DNA from: an uncultured bacterium
GTDB taxonomy: Bacteria > Margulisbacteria > WOR-1 > O2-12-FULL-45-9
Length of the DNA stretch: 64,000 nucleotides
Assembly: GCA_964568455.1 (NCBI GenBank)
Contig: CAZMPJ010000001.1
Span: forward strand, 233,691-297,690
Direction: 5' to 3'
Every line of letters begins with the position of its first letter. Positions within the stretch are counted from its first letter, which is position 1. The translations under genes and the position numbers were made by a program. This document shows positions 27,666-37,369 of this stretch, in pieces. The notes beneath the pieces were generated by a model that ran no database searches, was not told the DNA's origin, and saw only the letters and a list, made by a program, of their open reading frames with translations.

Positions 27666-30046
27666 AAAGAAAAGCAGTAATTCTAGGGGCTGGACCAGTT
27701 GGTTTGATCATTGCATGGAAGTTGTTGGAAAACAATTGGTCAGTAGAGATTTTTGAAAAAGAAGATCAAATAGGCGGCACCTGTAAAACATGGCGCTGGC
27801 AAGATTTTCTTGTTGATACAGGACCACATATTTATCATACTCCGGATCAAGAATTAGCTAAATTTTGGGAATCTGAATTTGGCGATATTATGATCCAGGG
27901 TGATTTTTGGTGCAAAAATGTCAAAGGTGACGATTTTAATGAATTTTGGGATTATCCTTTATCCTGGGAAAGTATTGCTCGCTATCCAAAACAACTCAAA
28001 GAGCAGGTGCTCGGAGAATTAAAAAGTCTGACTTCAGAAGAAAAAGCTAAAGCAAAAAATTATACTGAATACATGGATGCCCAGGTGGGTCCCACTTTGA
28101 GAAAGATGTTTTTTGAGAAATATCCTGAGAAAATATGGGGCATAGCTACTGAGGATATGACGCCAGAGTGGGCGCCTAAGAGAATTGAATTTAGACAGAA
28201 AGTAACTCCTTTTTATCATAATCAGTGGAATGCGGTTGGTAAATTTGGAACTGGTTGTGTTTTTGATCGCATAAAAGAAAAGATTTTGAAACTGGGAGGA
28301 AAAATTAATACTGGCCATGAGGTTTCCGGTATATCTTTTACTGGAAACAGAATAAAGCAAATAGATTTTTCTAATAAAAAGAATATTAAAGTAGCAGAAA
28401 AAGATACTATTATTTCGAGTTTGCCAATAACTATTTTATCGGATCTTTTAGGCTATAAGAGTAAGTTGGAATTTCGCGCTTTGCGCACGGTTTATTTAGC
28501 CTATAATAAAAAAACTGTTTTGCCGGAAGATATCCATTGGTTTTATTATGATTCTGATAAAACCTATTTCCATCGTATTACAGAGCCCAAAAAACTCTCT
28601 CCTTTTGTTGCTCCGGCAGACAAGACCTATTTAACTGCAGAAATAACTTGCAGCAAAGGGGATTCTATATATAAGATGGATTCAGCTGAACTGGCCGAAC
28701 GAGTGGCAGAGCAAGTAGAGGTTGTTGGTTTGGCAAAAAGATCCTTGCTTTTGGCTAACGATACTCATCGAGAAGATTATGTTTATCCTCTTCAAAGAGA
28801 AGGTTACCAAGAAGAGTTAGCAAAAACTCGTTCCGCTATTAGTAAGTTTCAACAGCTTTACTCTTTAGGTACAGGTGGAGAGTTTCATTATTCTGATATT
28901 CAAATTGTTTTCCATAAGGCATTTGATTTAGTGGATATTCTTTGTGGCAAAGATTCTGCTTATGCTCAGGTGATCAGGCAGACGCCAAGTTGTGAGTTAA
29001 ATAGTTCTGTTGTTATTGGCAAAAGAAAGATAGGCGAGGGGGATCGCCCGTATATTATTGCTGAAGCTGGTTTGAATCATAATGGTAGTGTTGCCCTGGC
29101 TAAAAAATTGATAGACGCGTCAAAAGAAGCTGGTTGTGATGCGGTGAAATTTCAAACTTTTACGGCCTCCAGTCGTATTTCTAAAAAAATTAAAGCTGTA
29201 AAATATGCTGAGACAATAATCGGAACAGAGGAAACTCTTTATGATATGTTTGATCGATTGGCTTTAAGTTTTGAACAACAAAAAGAAATTTTTAATTATG
29301 CCCGCAAAAAAGATATCGAAATTTTTTCTACCCCATTTGATTTTGAAGGGGTCGATTTTTTGGAGTCACTAGGTGTTAATGTCTATAAAATTGCTTCGAT
29401 GGATATTGTGAATTTGCCGCTTATCCAATATGTTGCCCAAAAAGGCAAGCCGATCATTCTTTCTACTGGCATGTCTACCCTTGGCCAGATTGAGGAAGCC
29501 GTAAACGTTGTTAAGCAGACAGGCAATCCTAATCTAATGCTCTTGCACTGCAATTCTTCTTATCCAGCTGCGCCGGAAGAAATGAACTTAAATGTGATCA
29601 AGACTTTAAAAACATGTTTTAATATTCCTATTGGTTTGTCTGATCATACTTTTGGCTTGTTTGTTTCACAGGTGGCTATTGCCATTGGAGCTAACATAAT
29701 AGAGCGACATTTTACTTTAGATAGAACAATGGAAGGGCCAGATCATATTTTGTCTTCTGAGCCGGCTGAACTTGCTAATTTGGTTAAAATGGCAAAAAAC
29801 ATCCCTTTAATTTTAGGTGATGGAGTTAAAAAAATTCAACCGAATGAATATGATACACTTAATACACAAAGAAAAAGTTTATATGCAGCTAATAATATAG
29901 AAAAAGGGCAAATAATTGGCAAAGAAATGATCGTGATTAAAGGGCCGGGCGGTGGTATTTTACCTAAACATTTGAACATTGTTATTGGTAGAAAAGCTGC
30001 CAAAAGAATTGAGATGGACCATCCAATAACCTGGGAAGTTATTTAA
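27662..30046 (+). CDS. Fusion: FAD-dependent (UDP-galactopyranose-mutase-like) domain + N-acetylneuraminate synthase (NeuB family, with SAF domain)
   Basis: GAGPVG, DTGPHIYHT, YPEKIWG; from about aa 445 IAEAGLNHNG, KFQT, STGMS, HCNSSYP, SDHT, ERHFTL, RKSL. Confidence 0.88.
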   Translation: MKRKAVILGAGPVGLIIAWKLLENNWSVEIFEKEDQIGGTCKTWRWQDFLVDTGPHIYHTPDQELAKFWESEFGDIMIQGDFWCKNVKGDDFNEFWDYPLSWESIARYPKQLKEQVLGELKSLTSEEKAKAKNYTEYMDAQVGPTLRKMFFEKYPEKIWGIATEDMTPEWAPKRIEFRQKVTPFYHNQWNAVGKFGTGCVFDRIKEKILKLGGKINTGHEVSGISFTGNRIKQIDFSNKKNIKVAEKDTIISSLPITILSDLLGYKSKLEFRALRTVYLAYNKKTVLPEDIHWFYYDSDKTYFHRITEPKKLSPFVAPADKTYLTAEITCSKGDSIYKMDSAELAERVAEQVEVVGLAKRSLLLANDTHREDYVYPLQREGYQEELAKTRSAISKFQQLYSLGTGGEFHYSDIQIVFHKAFDLVDILCGKDSAYAQVIRQTPSCELNSSVVIGKRKIGEGDRPYIIAEAGLNHNGSVALAKKLIDASKEAGCDAVKFQTFTASSRISKKIKAVKYAETIIGTEETLYDMFDRLALSFEQQKEIFNYARKKDIEIFSTPFDFEGVDFLESLGVNVYKIASMDIVNLPLIQYVAQKGKPIILSTGMSTLGQIEEAVNVVKQTGNPNLMLLHCNSSYPAAPEEMNLNVIKTLKTCFNIPIGLSDHTFGLFVSQVAIAIGANIIERHFTLDRTMEGPDHILSSEPAELANLVKMAKNIPLILGDGVKKIQPNEYDTLNTQRKSLYAANNIEKGQIIGKEMIVIKGPGGGILPKHLNIVIGRKAAKRIEMDHPITWEVI

Positions 30047-31020
30047 TGATAAAGATTAACCCCGGATTAAAAGAAAGATTTGAATCTTACCTAAAAAAAA
30101 TAGTGAAAGGCGATGAGGCCTCATGTTTCACTATTTCTAATACTACTAAAAAGACAGAAACATTTTATTTTACACCTATCCGTACTTTTGAAAATATGCA
30201 AATCTGTGGTGTTGTAGTGAATAATACTCAAGAGGCCAAACAATTTGCGGCACTGGCAGATGGTAAATTCGATTATATTGCTGTGGATAGCGAGAAGAAA
30301 ATAGAACCCGAACGCTATGTTAATCCTGGTGATTCTGGAAATCTAGAGGGTGAAATATTAGATTTAGTCAAGAAAAGCCAGGTGATAAATTTTAAAGCTA
30401 ATGATGTGACGGTGGATGCGGTTGACGTTTTTATTAGTAATTGGGTTATGGGAGTGCCTAAACGAAAAATAGCTATTATCGGTTTGGGCAATATAGGTTT
30501 TAAATTAGCGTTAAAATTAATTGAACGAGGGTGCTGGGTTAATATTTACAGAAGAGACCAAAAGAAATTGCAAATTCAGGCTGAAACAATTAATATAACT
30601 AAACCTAAAGGAACTTTAGCAAAAGCGTGGCCTTGTAAAAATTTAGCAGAATGTTTAAAAAATGTCCATGTGGTTGTTGCCACAGCAGATACTTCAAATA
30701 TTATCTCTTCTGAAGATCTTAAAAATACGGTGCCTAATCCTCTTTTGATAGATTGCGGTAAAGCGTGTTTTACTGATCAAGTTTGTCTTGATATGCCTGT
30801 TTATCGCACTGATGCAGGGATGGCCTTGTTGTACCAATTAAAAATGGTTGTGGCTTCTCGACAGCACTTATATCCAAAGTTTGGGCGCAAAATGGTTGAT
30901 GGCAAAAGGTATGTTTGCGGTTTAAGTGGTGTGAAGGGAGATATTGTTTTACACGATTTAAAAGATATTAGCTCTTTTATTGGTATTTGTGATGGTAAGG
31001 GAGGATTGCTTCCGCAATGA
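30046..31020 (+). CDS. Hypothetical protein with NAD(P)-binding Rossmann domain
   Basis: IAIIGLGNIG in the central region. Confidence 0.6.
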   Translation: MIKINPGLKERFESYLKKIVKGDEASCFTISNTTKKTETFYFTPIRTFENMQICGVVVNNTQEAKQFAALADGKFDYIAVDSEKKIEPERYVNPGDSGNLEGEILDLVKKSQVINFKANDVTVDAVDVFISNWVMGVPKRKIAIIGLGNIGFKLALKLIERGCWVNIYRRDQKKLQIQAETINITKPKGTLAKAWPCKNLAECLKNVHVVVATADTSNIISSEDLKNTVPNPLLIDCGKACFTDQVCLDMPVYRTDAGMALLYQLKMVVASRQHLYPKFGRKMVDGKRYVCGLSGVKGDIVLHDLKDISSFIGICDGKGGLLPQ

Positions 31021-31769
31021 ATAAACAAGTTGATGTTATTGTCGAGGCCAGGATGTCTTCTACTCGTTTGCCGGGCAAGGTTTTATTGCCTGCCTGCGGC
31101 AAACCAATGCTAGAGCTTATGATTGAAAGATTGCGCTTAATTCCAGAACTAACTAATATTATTGTTGCTACAACGACAAATCCAAAAGATGATTGTTTGG
31201 TTGAATTGGCGAAAAGATTAAAGGTTGGTTTTTTCCGAGGCAGCGAAGATGATGTTCTGGGTAGGGTAGTTAAGGCTGCTCAGAATTTTAAAACTGATAT
31301 TATTGTGGAAATAACAGGGGATGATCCCTTACTTGATCCTGAGCTATCTTCAAAGGTAATAAAAACTCTGCTCAATAATTCTGCGGATTATGATTATGTG
31401 GCCAATGATGTTGAGTGGACTTTCCCGATTGGTTTTAATACAAGGGCTTTTTCAAGAAAAGTGCTTGAGCAGGTTGAAGCAAAAACCAATCATCCTACGG
31501 ATAGGGAACATGTGGTTAATTATATTGTTAAACATCCTCAGGAATTTCGTATTTTTAATATTGTTGCCGAGGGGCTATATAAGCGCCCGGAAATACGGCT
31601 TACCCTTGATACAGAACAGGATTATCTGGTAATGAAAGCTGTTTTTGAGGCATTGTACCCTAAGGATCGAGCTTTTAGCGCAAAAGACATTATTGATTTT
31701 CTTGATGCTAATCCTAAAATTAAAAATACAAATCAAATGGTTGAGCAAAGGACATATGAGTATAACTAA
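31017..31769 (+). CDS. SpsF-like cytidylyltransferase
   Basis: EARMSSTRLPGKV, RGSEDDVL, ITGDDP, REHV, RLTLDT. Confidence 0.88.
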   Translation: MNKQVDVIVEARMSSTRLPGKVLLPACGKPMLELMIERLRLIPELTNIIVATTTNPKDDCLVELAKRLKVGFFRGSEDDVLGRVVKAAQNFKTDIIVEITGDDPLLDPELSSKVIKTLLNNSADYDYVANDVEWTFPIGFNTRAFSRKVLEQVEAKTNHPTDREHVVNYIVKHPQEFRIFNIVAEGLYKRPEIRLTLDTEQDYLVMKAVFEALYPKDRAFSAKDIIDFLDANPKIKNTNQMVEQRTYEYN

Positions 31770-32799
31770 TATAAGAATATTAGCTGTTTGTAATCATCCG
31801 GGTGGAGTAAATGCTATTTTACCGGTTATTGAGTTGTTTAAGGAAAAATGCCTTGTTATTACAACTTCACGTAACGCTGGTTTATTGCGTGATTTAGACA
31901 TAAGGCATAAAGTATTATCTGAACAGGTAACAGAGTCTTGTGCCGAAGAAATATTAGTTGCATATCAGCCTGATCTGATATTGCTTGGAACGTCTGAGCC
32001 AGAAGATCCGAAAATTGGTAGGCTGGAAGCAATTTTTACTTCAACTGCTAGGAAACTTAAAATGTCCAGTGTTTCAGTCCTTGACTCATGGATTAACGCT
32101 AGAGATCGATATAGTTTATCTTCAGCCGGCTTATTGGATGCTTTGCCTGACTTAATTTGTGTGATGGACGATCAAAGCAGGCAAAAACTGGACTCTCTTG
32201 GCTTCCCGCTTGAACGCTTGACCGTAACTGGCAACCCTCACTTTGATAGGTTATCAGAAATCAGACAAAAAATGGCAAAAGTTGATAAGGTCTCAATAAG
32301 AAAGAATCTTGGCATTGCAATGACCGAGAAAGTAATCTTGTTTCTTTCTCAGCCCTTGATAGAGGACCGGCGCACAAATCTTGGATTTAATGAGATTGAA
32401 GTGCTAAAGGATATTGCGCTTGCCAGTCCGACTGCGCTGATTCTTGTTAAGCCGCATCCGCGAGAAAGTGCCAGTAAATATAAATCTGTCGAGAACGACA
32501 GGATCAAGATAGTAAATCTAGAAATAGATATATATCAGTTGGGCCTGGCCGCGGATGTTGTTGTGGGGATGTTTACAATGCTTTTGTATGAATATTCCTT
32601 ACTTGGGTTTAGGACAATTAGTTATCAGCCTGGTAATACGAAAATTGATTTGGGTTATGAAATTAAGATTGTTAATAGTCGTAAACAGCTTGCGGCTTCA
32701 CTGAGAAAATGCCAAAAAAACAATTCTCAGTTTTCTTTTCCTGCCGAAGCAACAGATAAAATTGTGCAGTTTATAGGACAGATGGGAGCAAGCAGATGA
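31756..32799 (+). CDS. Hypothetical GT-B-like putative sugar transferase (paralog of 3535..4479)
   Basis: HPGGVN, LDSW, PDLICVMD, TGNPHFD, FLSQP, KPHPRE; ATG 31756 after AAGG. Confidence 0.6.
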   Translation: MSITNIRILAVCNHPGGVNAILPVIELFKEKCLVITTSRNAGLLRDLDIRHKVLSEQVTESCAEEILVAYQPDLILLGTSEPEDPKIGRLEAIFTSTARKLKMSSVSVLDSWINARDRYSLSSAGLLDALPDLICVMDDQSRQKLDSLGFPLERLTVTGNPHFDRLSEIRQKMAKVDKVSIRKNLGIAMTEKVILFLSQPLIEDRRTNLGFNEIEVLKDIALASPTALILVKPHPRESASKYKSVENDRIKIVNLEIDIYQLGLAADVVVGMFTMLLYEYSLLGFRTISYQPGNTKIDLGYEIKIVNSRKQLAASLRKCQKNNSQFSFPAEATDKIVQFIGQMGASR

Positions 32800-33689
32800 A
32801 TAATTACCTTCATATTTTAGAATTGCAAAAAAAGAAACTTGATTTTGGCCAGGAGTACAATAGGAGGCTAAATCGGCTAATTTGTGGTTATCATGCTACC
32901 CAATCTTTTTTTAGGAATCTAGTAAAGTCCGACGATAATGTTGCAGATATTGGCTGTTATTATGGGCAATGGACATATCCTTTACTGTCTATGGCAAAAG
33001 AAGTTAGTTTTATTGATTGCTTTGATAATAAATTTCCATATTTACAAAAACTATTACCTCCTCAAACCAGGAATGCTAGTCTAATCAAACACGATTTTGC
33101 AGTTGGGGAACTAGGCCAAGCAAATGACAAGTTTGATTTAATTATTTGCTTGGGCACATTAGAATATGTTGATCCGTCCAATTTAGAGCGATATTGTCAG
33201 AATATGTTAGCTTCTCTAAAAGCAGGCGGGTATTTGTTGGTCGATATGCGAGAATTTGATAAATTTTGGGCTTACAGGAGATTTATTTTAACTCTTGATA
33301 AGACTTTATTAGTGCTTTATCCTGCACGCCCTAGATCAATGCAACTTCCGATACCCTCGTTCTTCGGCAGGGCGCGCATATTATTGGCCTATCTTAAGGA
33401 AGCCTTGCGTGATACGTTGGTTTATTTTCTCAAAGAATATTTGAGCGAAAAAATGCTGCAACGTTTTAAAACATTGTTGAAAAAAAGGAAAGGAATAGGT
33501 GTGGTGGGCTTGAAGCAAATTCTAAAAAAACAGGGGTTAGTGGAAACCACGCTTGATGACATGGTTGACATGGAAACTTATGAAATGTGTCGTAATCTTG
33601 AAGGATATAATTTGACTAACACTTTTGTGGGGAACTATTTCTGGTTAGCTTTATATAAGAAACCAAAAGGGGAGATCGAAGATGACTAA
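32796..33689 (+). CDS. Class I SAM-dependent methyltransferase
   Basis: VADIGCYYG, FDLIICLGTLEY, LKAGGYL. Confidence 0.8.
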   Translation: MNNYLHILELQKKKLDFGQEYNRRLNRLICGYHATQSFFRNLVKSDDNVADIGCYYGQWTYPLLSMAKEVSFIDCFDNKFPYLQKLLPPQTRNASLIKHDFAVGELGQANDKFDLIICLGTLEYVDPSNLERYCQNMLASLKAGGYLLVDMREFDKFWAYRRFILTLDKTLLVLYPARPRSMQLPIPSFFGRARILLAYLKEALRDTLVYFLKEYLSEKMLQRFKTLLKKRKGIGVVGLKQILKKQGLVETTLDDMVDMETYEMCRNLEGYNLTNTFVGNYFWLALYKKPKGEIEDD

Positions 33690-35022
33690 AACCCCTGCAA
33701 TCTTAGGCGGACAGCCAACCTTTTCTGAGCCTTTTGTCCCATATTTGACAATCGGTCAAGAAGAGAAAGATGCTGTAATACGGGTTATGGAATCAGGTAG
33801 CCTTTCTGGTTTTATTGGGGCGTGGGTGCCACAGTTTTATGGTGGAGAAATGGTAAAGGAATTGGAAAAAAATTGGTGTAAAAGGTTTAAGAAGAAGCAT
33901 GCTATTGCCGTAAACTCGGCAACTTCAGGATTGTATGCAGCAGTAGGTGCCCTGGGAATTGAACCTGGCGATGAGGTTATTGTTACGCCAACTACCATGA
34001 CGGCTACGGTTACCGGTATCATCGTTTATCAAGGAATTCCTGTTTTTGCTGATATCTGTCCGCATACTTTTTGTCTTGATCCTGCCAAAGTAGAAAAGCT
34101 CATCACTGAACGTACAAAAGCCATTATCGCAGTTAATATTTATGGTGAGTCGGCTAATTGGATAGCCCTACGTGAAATTGCAAAAAAACATAACCTTAAA
34201 CTAATTGAAGATGCGGCGCAATCAATTGGTGGAATGTTTAATGACAAAGATAGTGGCACTTATGGTGATATTGGAATATATAGTTTAAATCGTCATAAGC
34301 ACATTCACTGCGGAGAAGGTGGAGTTTGTGTTACAGATGATGATGAGTTAGCAGAGAGATTAAGGCTCATTAGAAATCACGGGGAAGCGGTGGTTGAGGG
34401 TATGGGGACACAAAACATAACTAATATTATTGGTTTTAATTATCGCATGACTGAATTGGAAGCGGCGGTAGCCAACGAGCAGCTTAAAAAGTTGGACGCT
34501 CTTGTGGATAAACGAATCGAAGTGTGTAATGCGATTATTAAGGCTTTAAAACCATTTGATGGTATTATTTCTCCTGTTGAGTCCCCACTTAAAGATCCAA
34601 AATCTAGGCCGGGTCTTTGTCGGCCGGCCGACTATACTGTAAAACATATCTATTATTACCTTTGTTTTAAACTGGAAAAGGAAAAGCTTGGTATTTCCAG
34701 AAAAACCTTGGTTGAAGCGCTAAAAGCCGAGGGGGTTCCTATGGGTGAGGGTGGGTATTCCCCACTTTATCTACAACCGATGTTCCAAAAGAAAATTGCT
34801 TTTGGGAGCAAGGGGTATCCATTTACAGCTCCATATTACGGAAAATCAATAAATTACAATCGTGGACTTTGTCCTATTGCTGAAAAAATGTGGTTTGAAG
34901 AGCTTTTTTATTTTCCGAGCCAATCTTGGGTGCCAAGTCCAGAGGAAAGCGCTCGGTTTGCTGAGGCACTGAAGAAAATTTTAAAATTTAGAAAAGAAAT
35001 TGAGGCTAAAATTGGCAAGTAA
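33682..35022 (+). CDS. DegT family aminotransferase (paralog of 814..2094)
   Basis: EDAAQS, YSLNRHKHIHCGEGG, LIRNHGE. Confidence 0.92.
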   Translation: MTKTPAILGGQPTFSEPFVPYLTIGQEEKDAVIRVMESGSLSGFIGAWVPQFYGGEMVKELEKNWCKRFKKKHAIAVNSATSGLYAAVGALGIEPGDEVIVTPTTMTATVTGIIVYQGIPVFADICPHTFCLDPAKVEKLITERTKAIIAVNIYGESANWIALREIAKKHNLKLIEDAAQSIGGMFNDKDSGTYGDIGIYSLNRHKHIHCGEGGVCVTDDDELAERLRLIRNHGEAVVEGMGTQNITNIIGFNYRMTELEAAVANEQLKKLDALVDKRIEVCNAIIKALKPFDGIISPVESPLKDPKSRPGLCRPADYTVKHIYYYLCFKLEKEKLGISRKTLVEALKAEGVPMGEGGYSPLYLQPMFQKKIAFGSKGYPFTAPYYGKSINYNRGLCPIAEKMWFEELFYFPSQSWVPSPEESARFAEALKKILKFRKEIEAKIGK

Positions 35023-36022
35023 AAAAACCATTAAAGTTGGAATTGTTGCTTTGGGTAGAGCAGGTTGGGATATTCATGTTGCTGCCCTTAGATCTGATAA
35101 AAAGTATGAGATTGTTGCTGTTTGTGATTCTTTAAATAAAAGAATCGTACAGGCTGAGGCAGAATTAGGTTGTGTGGGTTACAAAGAATATTCTTCATTT
35201 TTGGAACATCCTAGTTTGGAATTGGTTGTGATTGCTTCTCCTACTAAAGAGCATTTTTGGATGACTAAAGAAGCTTTGCGTAAAGGTAAAAATGTAGTTT
35301 TAGAAAAGCCACTAGCTGGTACGGTTGGGGAAATAAATGAATTAAATAAAATTGCCAAACAGACCGGCCAAATTTTATGTCCTTTTTATAATTTTCGTTT
35401 TAAGCCTGATTTTCTGCTTATTAAGTCAATTTTGGCGCAGGGATTAATTGGCAAACCGTTTCTATTTAAACGTCAGGTGGGCTATTTTAATCGCAGAAAT
35501 GATTGGCAATCCAAATCTGATGAGTTGGGTGGAATTTTAAATGCAGCTACCATTCATGCTGTGGACCAGGTTATTCAGCTGTCAGGAAGTTCTCCTTCTG
35601 AAATCTGGAGTGATGTGCGTCGGATAGTAGCTAAAGGAGATGCTCCTGATCATTCAAAGATTATTATTAATTTTTCTGGAGGTTGTGTTGCTGATGTTGA
35701 AGTATCCTGGGTAGAAGCGTTGCCTGGTTGTGATTGGCTGATCTATGGTTCTCGAGGGGCCATTAGACAATATGATAAAAGCTTAAAAGTAAAATGGTTT
35801 ACTGAAGATGCAGTTGACAAAGGTGTTGCCGTTGATCGTTCCTATTATTCTGGAGAAAAAATAGATTGGCAAGAGAAAACTTATAAAATCAAAGAAGGCG
35901 GTACAAAGGATTACTATACTATTTTAGCTAACGCTCTCAAGGGTAAAGAAGCTTTGCCAGTTACAATGGAGAGTGCAATTGCTGCAATGGTGGTGTTAGA
36001 GCGGAGTCAAGGAAAAAACTAA
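35012..36022 (+). CDS. Gfo/Idh/MocA family oxidoreductase
   Basis: LGRAG, SPTKEH, LEKP, GGILN; TTG 35012 after GAGG (ORF track start 35000). Confidence 0.88.
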   Translation: MASKKTIKVGIVALGRAGWDIHVAALRSDKKYEIVAVCDSLNKRIVQAEAELGCVGYKEYSSFLEHPSLELVVIASPTKEHFWMTKEALRKGKNVVLEKPLAGTVGEINELNKIAKQTGQILCPFYNFRFKPDFLLIKSILAQGLIGKPFLFKRQVGYFNRRNDWQSKSDELGGILNAATIHAVDQVIQLSGSSPSEIWSDVRRIVAKGDAPDHSKIIINFSGGCVADVEVSWVEALPGCDWLIYGSRGAIRQYDKSLKVKWFTEDAVDKGVAVDRSYYSGEKIDWQEKTYKIKEGGTKDYYTILANALKGKEALPVTMESAIAAMVVLERSQGKN

Positions 36023-37369
36023 ATGGCTAAAAAAAGACTATTATTATGTTGGGGAAACCCATATATGTTTCATGAAGTAATTGTTCCACTGATTACATCT
36101 TTGGCAAAAGAATACAAGCTTTTTATTGTTTTACAAGATTTTTATATGCCGCATGAGCTGCTTGAGCTTTTAAAGCTTTGGCAAAGAGATGGTTTGATAG
36201 AGGGTTATTTGATTGCGCCTAATAACGATCATGTTTTTAAGATGCATTGGTTTATGCGAAAAAAACGAAGATTTTTGCGTAGTTTTAAGTTTGATGTTTT
36301 TCTTTCCGGTTCCATGATGCAGGTTTTTGAGCGATATTTGTTAGATTGTATTATTCCACGGAATTGTGTTCGTGTATGCTTCTGGCCACAAATAACTTAT
36401 TTAATGGAAAATAAACCATTAGCAGAAAAGTTACTGAATGACATTGAGAAAAAATCGGTAACAGCTGAAAGTAAAATAAGTGCAACGACGTCTAGTAATA
36501 TTTTTAGACGGATTTTATCAAAAATTAAGAGCGGTGATTCGTCTATTGATTTAATAAGTAAGGCTGCCGCTTTGGTCAAGTATCGTTTTTTAAGAGTTTA
36601 TCGGAAAAAAATAATCAATTACTATCTTAATCGTTATCTTTTGCCGATGTTGTTTTTAGGAAAAAGTTTCTCCTTAGGTAAATACGATCTCTTAACGCAA
36701 TTAGGATCTGGAGATAAAAATTTTGATGCAGTAGTTTTTTGTGATGAAATTGAGGTAAAAGCATATGCTAAATTATACAATAGTAAAAATATTTATATTG
36801 CCCAATATTCAGCGCAGGAAAATTGTCGATGTAAGTTTGATGATAGAAAAAACAAATCCGTGATTTTGTCTCCACTTAGTGGGATTATTGGTCGTGACTA
36901 TCTTACCGAAGAACTTTTAGTTGCTTTTCATAGGGATTTTAAAATAGTATTGCGAGAATCTGGCGCAAAAAGTGTACATTTAAGGCTTCATCCGCGTGAA
37001 ACAGGAAACTGGCCATATCAATTAAGAGATTATCTTAAAAATCGAGCGATTGAAGCAGAAGTGGTTGCTTGTGATAAGCCTTTGCGTGAAGTTGTGTGTG
37101 ATTATTTGGGGGTGGCGGGTTTTGCTTCTTGTTCTCTGAGAGATGCAAGTTTTTTCTGTGATGATATTTTTATTGTTGGTTTTGAAAGGGTTTCAAAAAA
37201 ACGTTATACGGATCCTAAATTTATTTATGGTAAAGGCGAAGGTTTGGGCTGGATTAATGACGATGGTAATTATGACCCAAAGATATTTCAGCGCAGAATA
37301 AATGTGACGAATAAGCACAAAGACTTCCCCTTAGTTTTACGTGAGATAATAAAGGAGAAAATGTTGTGA
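36023..37369 (+). CDS. Hypothetical protein (possible GT-B-like transferase)
   Basis: 448 aa ORF in operon; LRLHPRE motif. Confidence 0.45.
   Translation: MAKKRLLLCWGNPYMFHEVIVPLITSLAKEYKLFIVLQDFYMPHELLELLKLWQRDGLIEGYLIAPNNDHVFKMHWFMRKKRRFLRSFKFDVFLSGSMMQVFERYLLDCIIPRNCVRVCFWPQITYLMENKPLAEKLLNDIEKKSVTAESKISATTSSNIFRRILSKIKSGDSSIDLISKAAALVKYRFLRVYRKKIINYYLNRYLLPMLFLGKSFSLGKYDLLTQLGSGDKNFDAVVFCDEIEVKAYAKLYNSKNIYIAQYSAQENCRCKFDDRKNKSVILSPLSGIIGRDYLTEELLVAFHRDFKIVLRESGAKSVHLRLHPRETGNWPYQLRDYLKNRAIEAEVVACDKPLREVVCDYLGVAGFASCSLRDASFFCDDIFIVGFERVSKKRYTDPKFIYGKGEGLGWINDDGNYDPKIFQRRINVTNKHKDFPLVLREIIKEKML

Noticed and set aside
34464-34471. GGCGGTAG ops-like motif
   Set aside because: Deep inside a CDS (Ala-Val-Ala codons), lacks the downstream TG and any JUMPstart context
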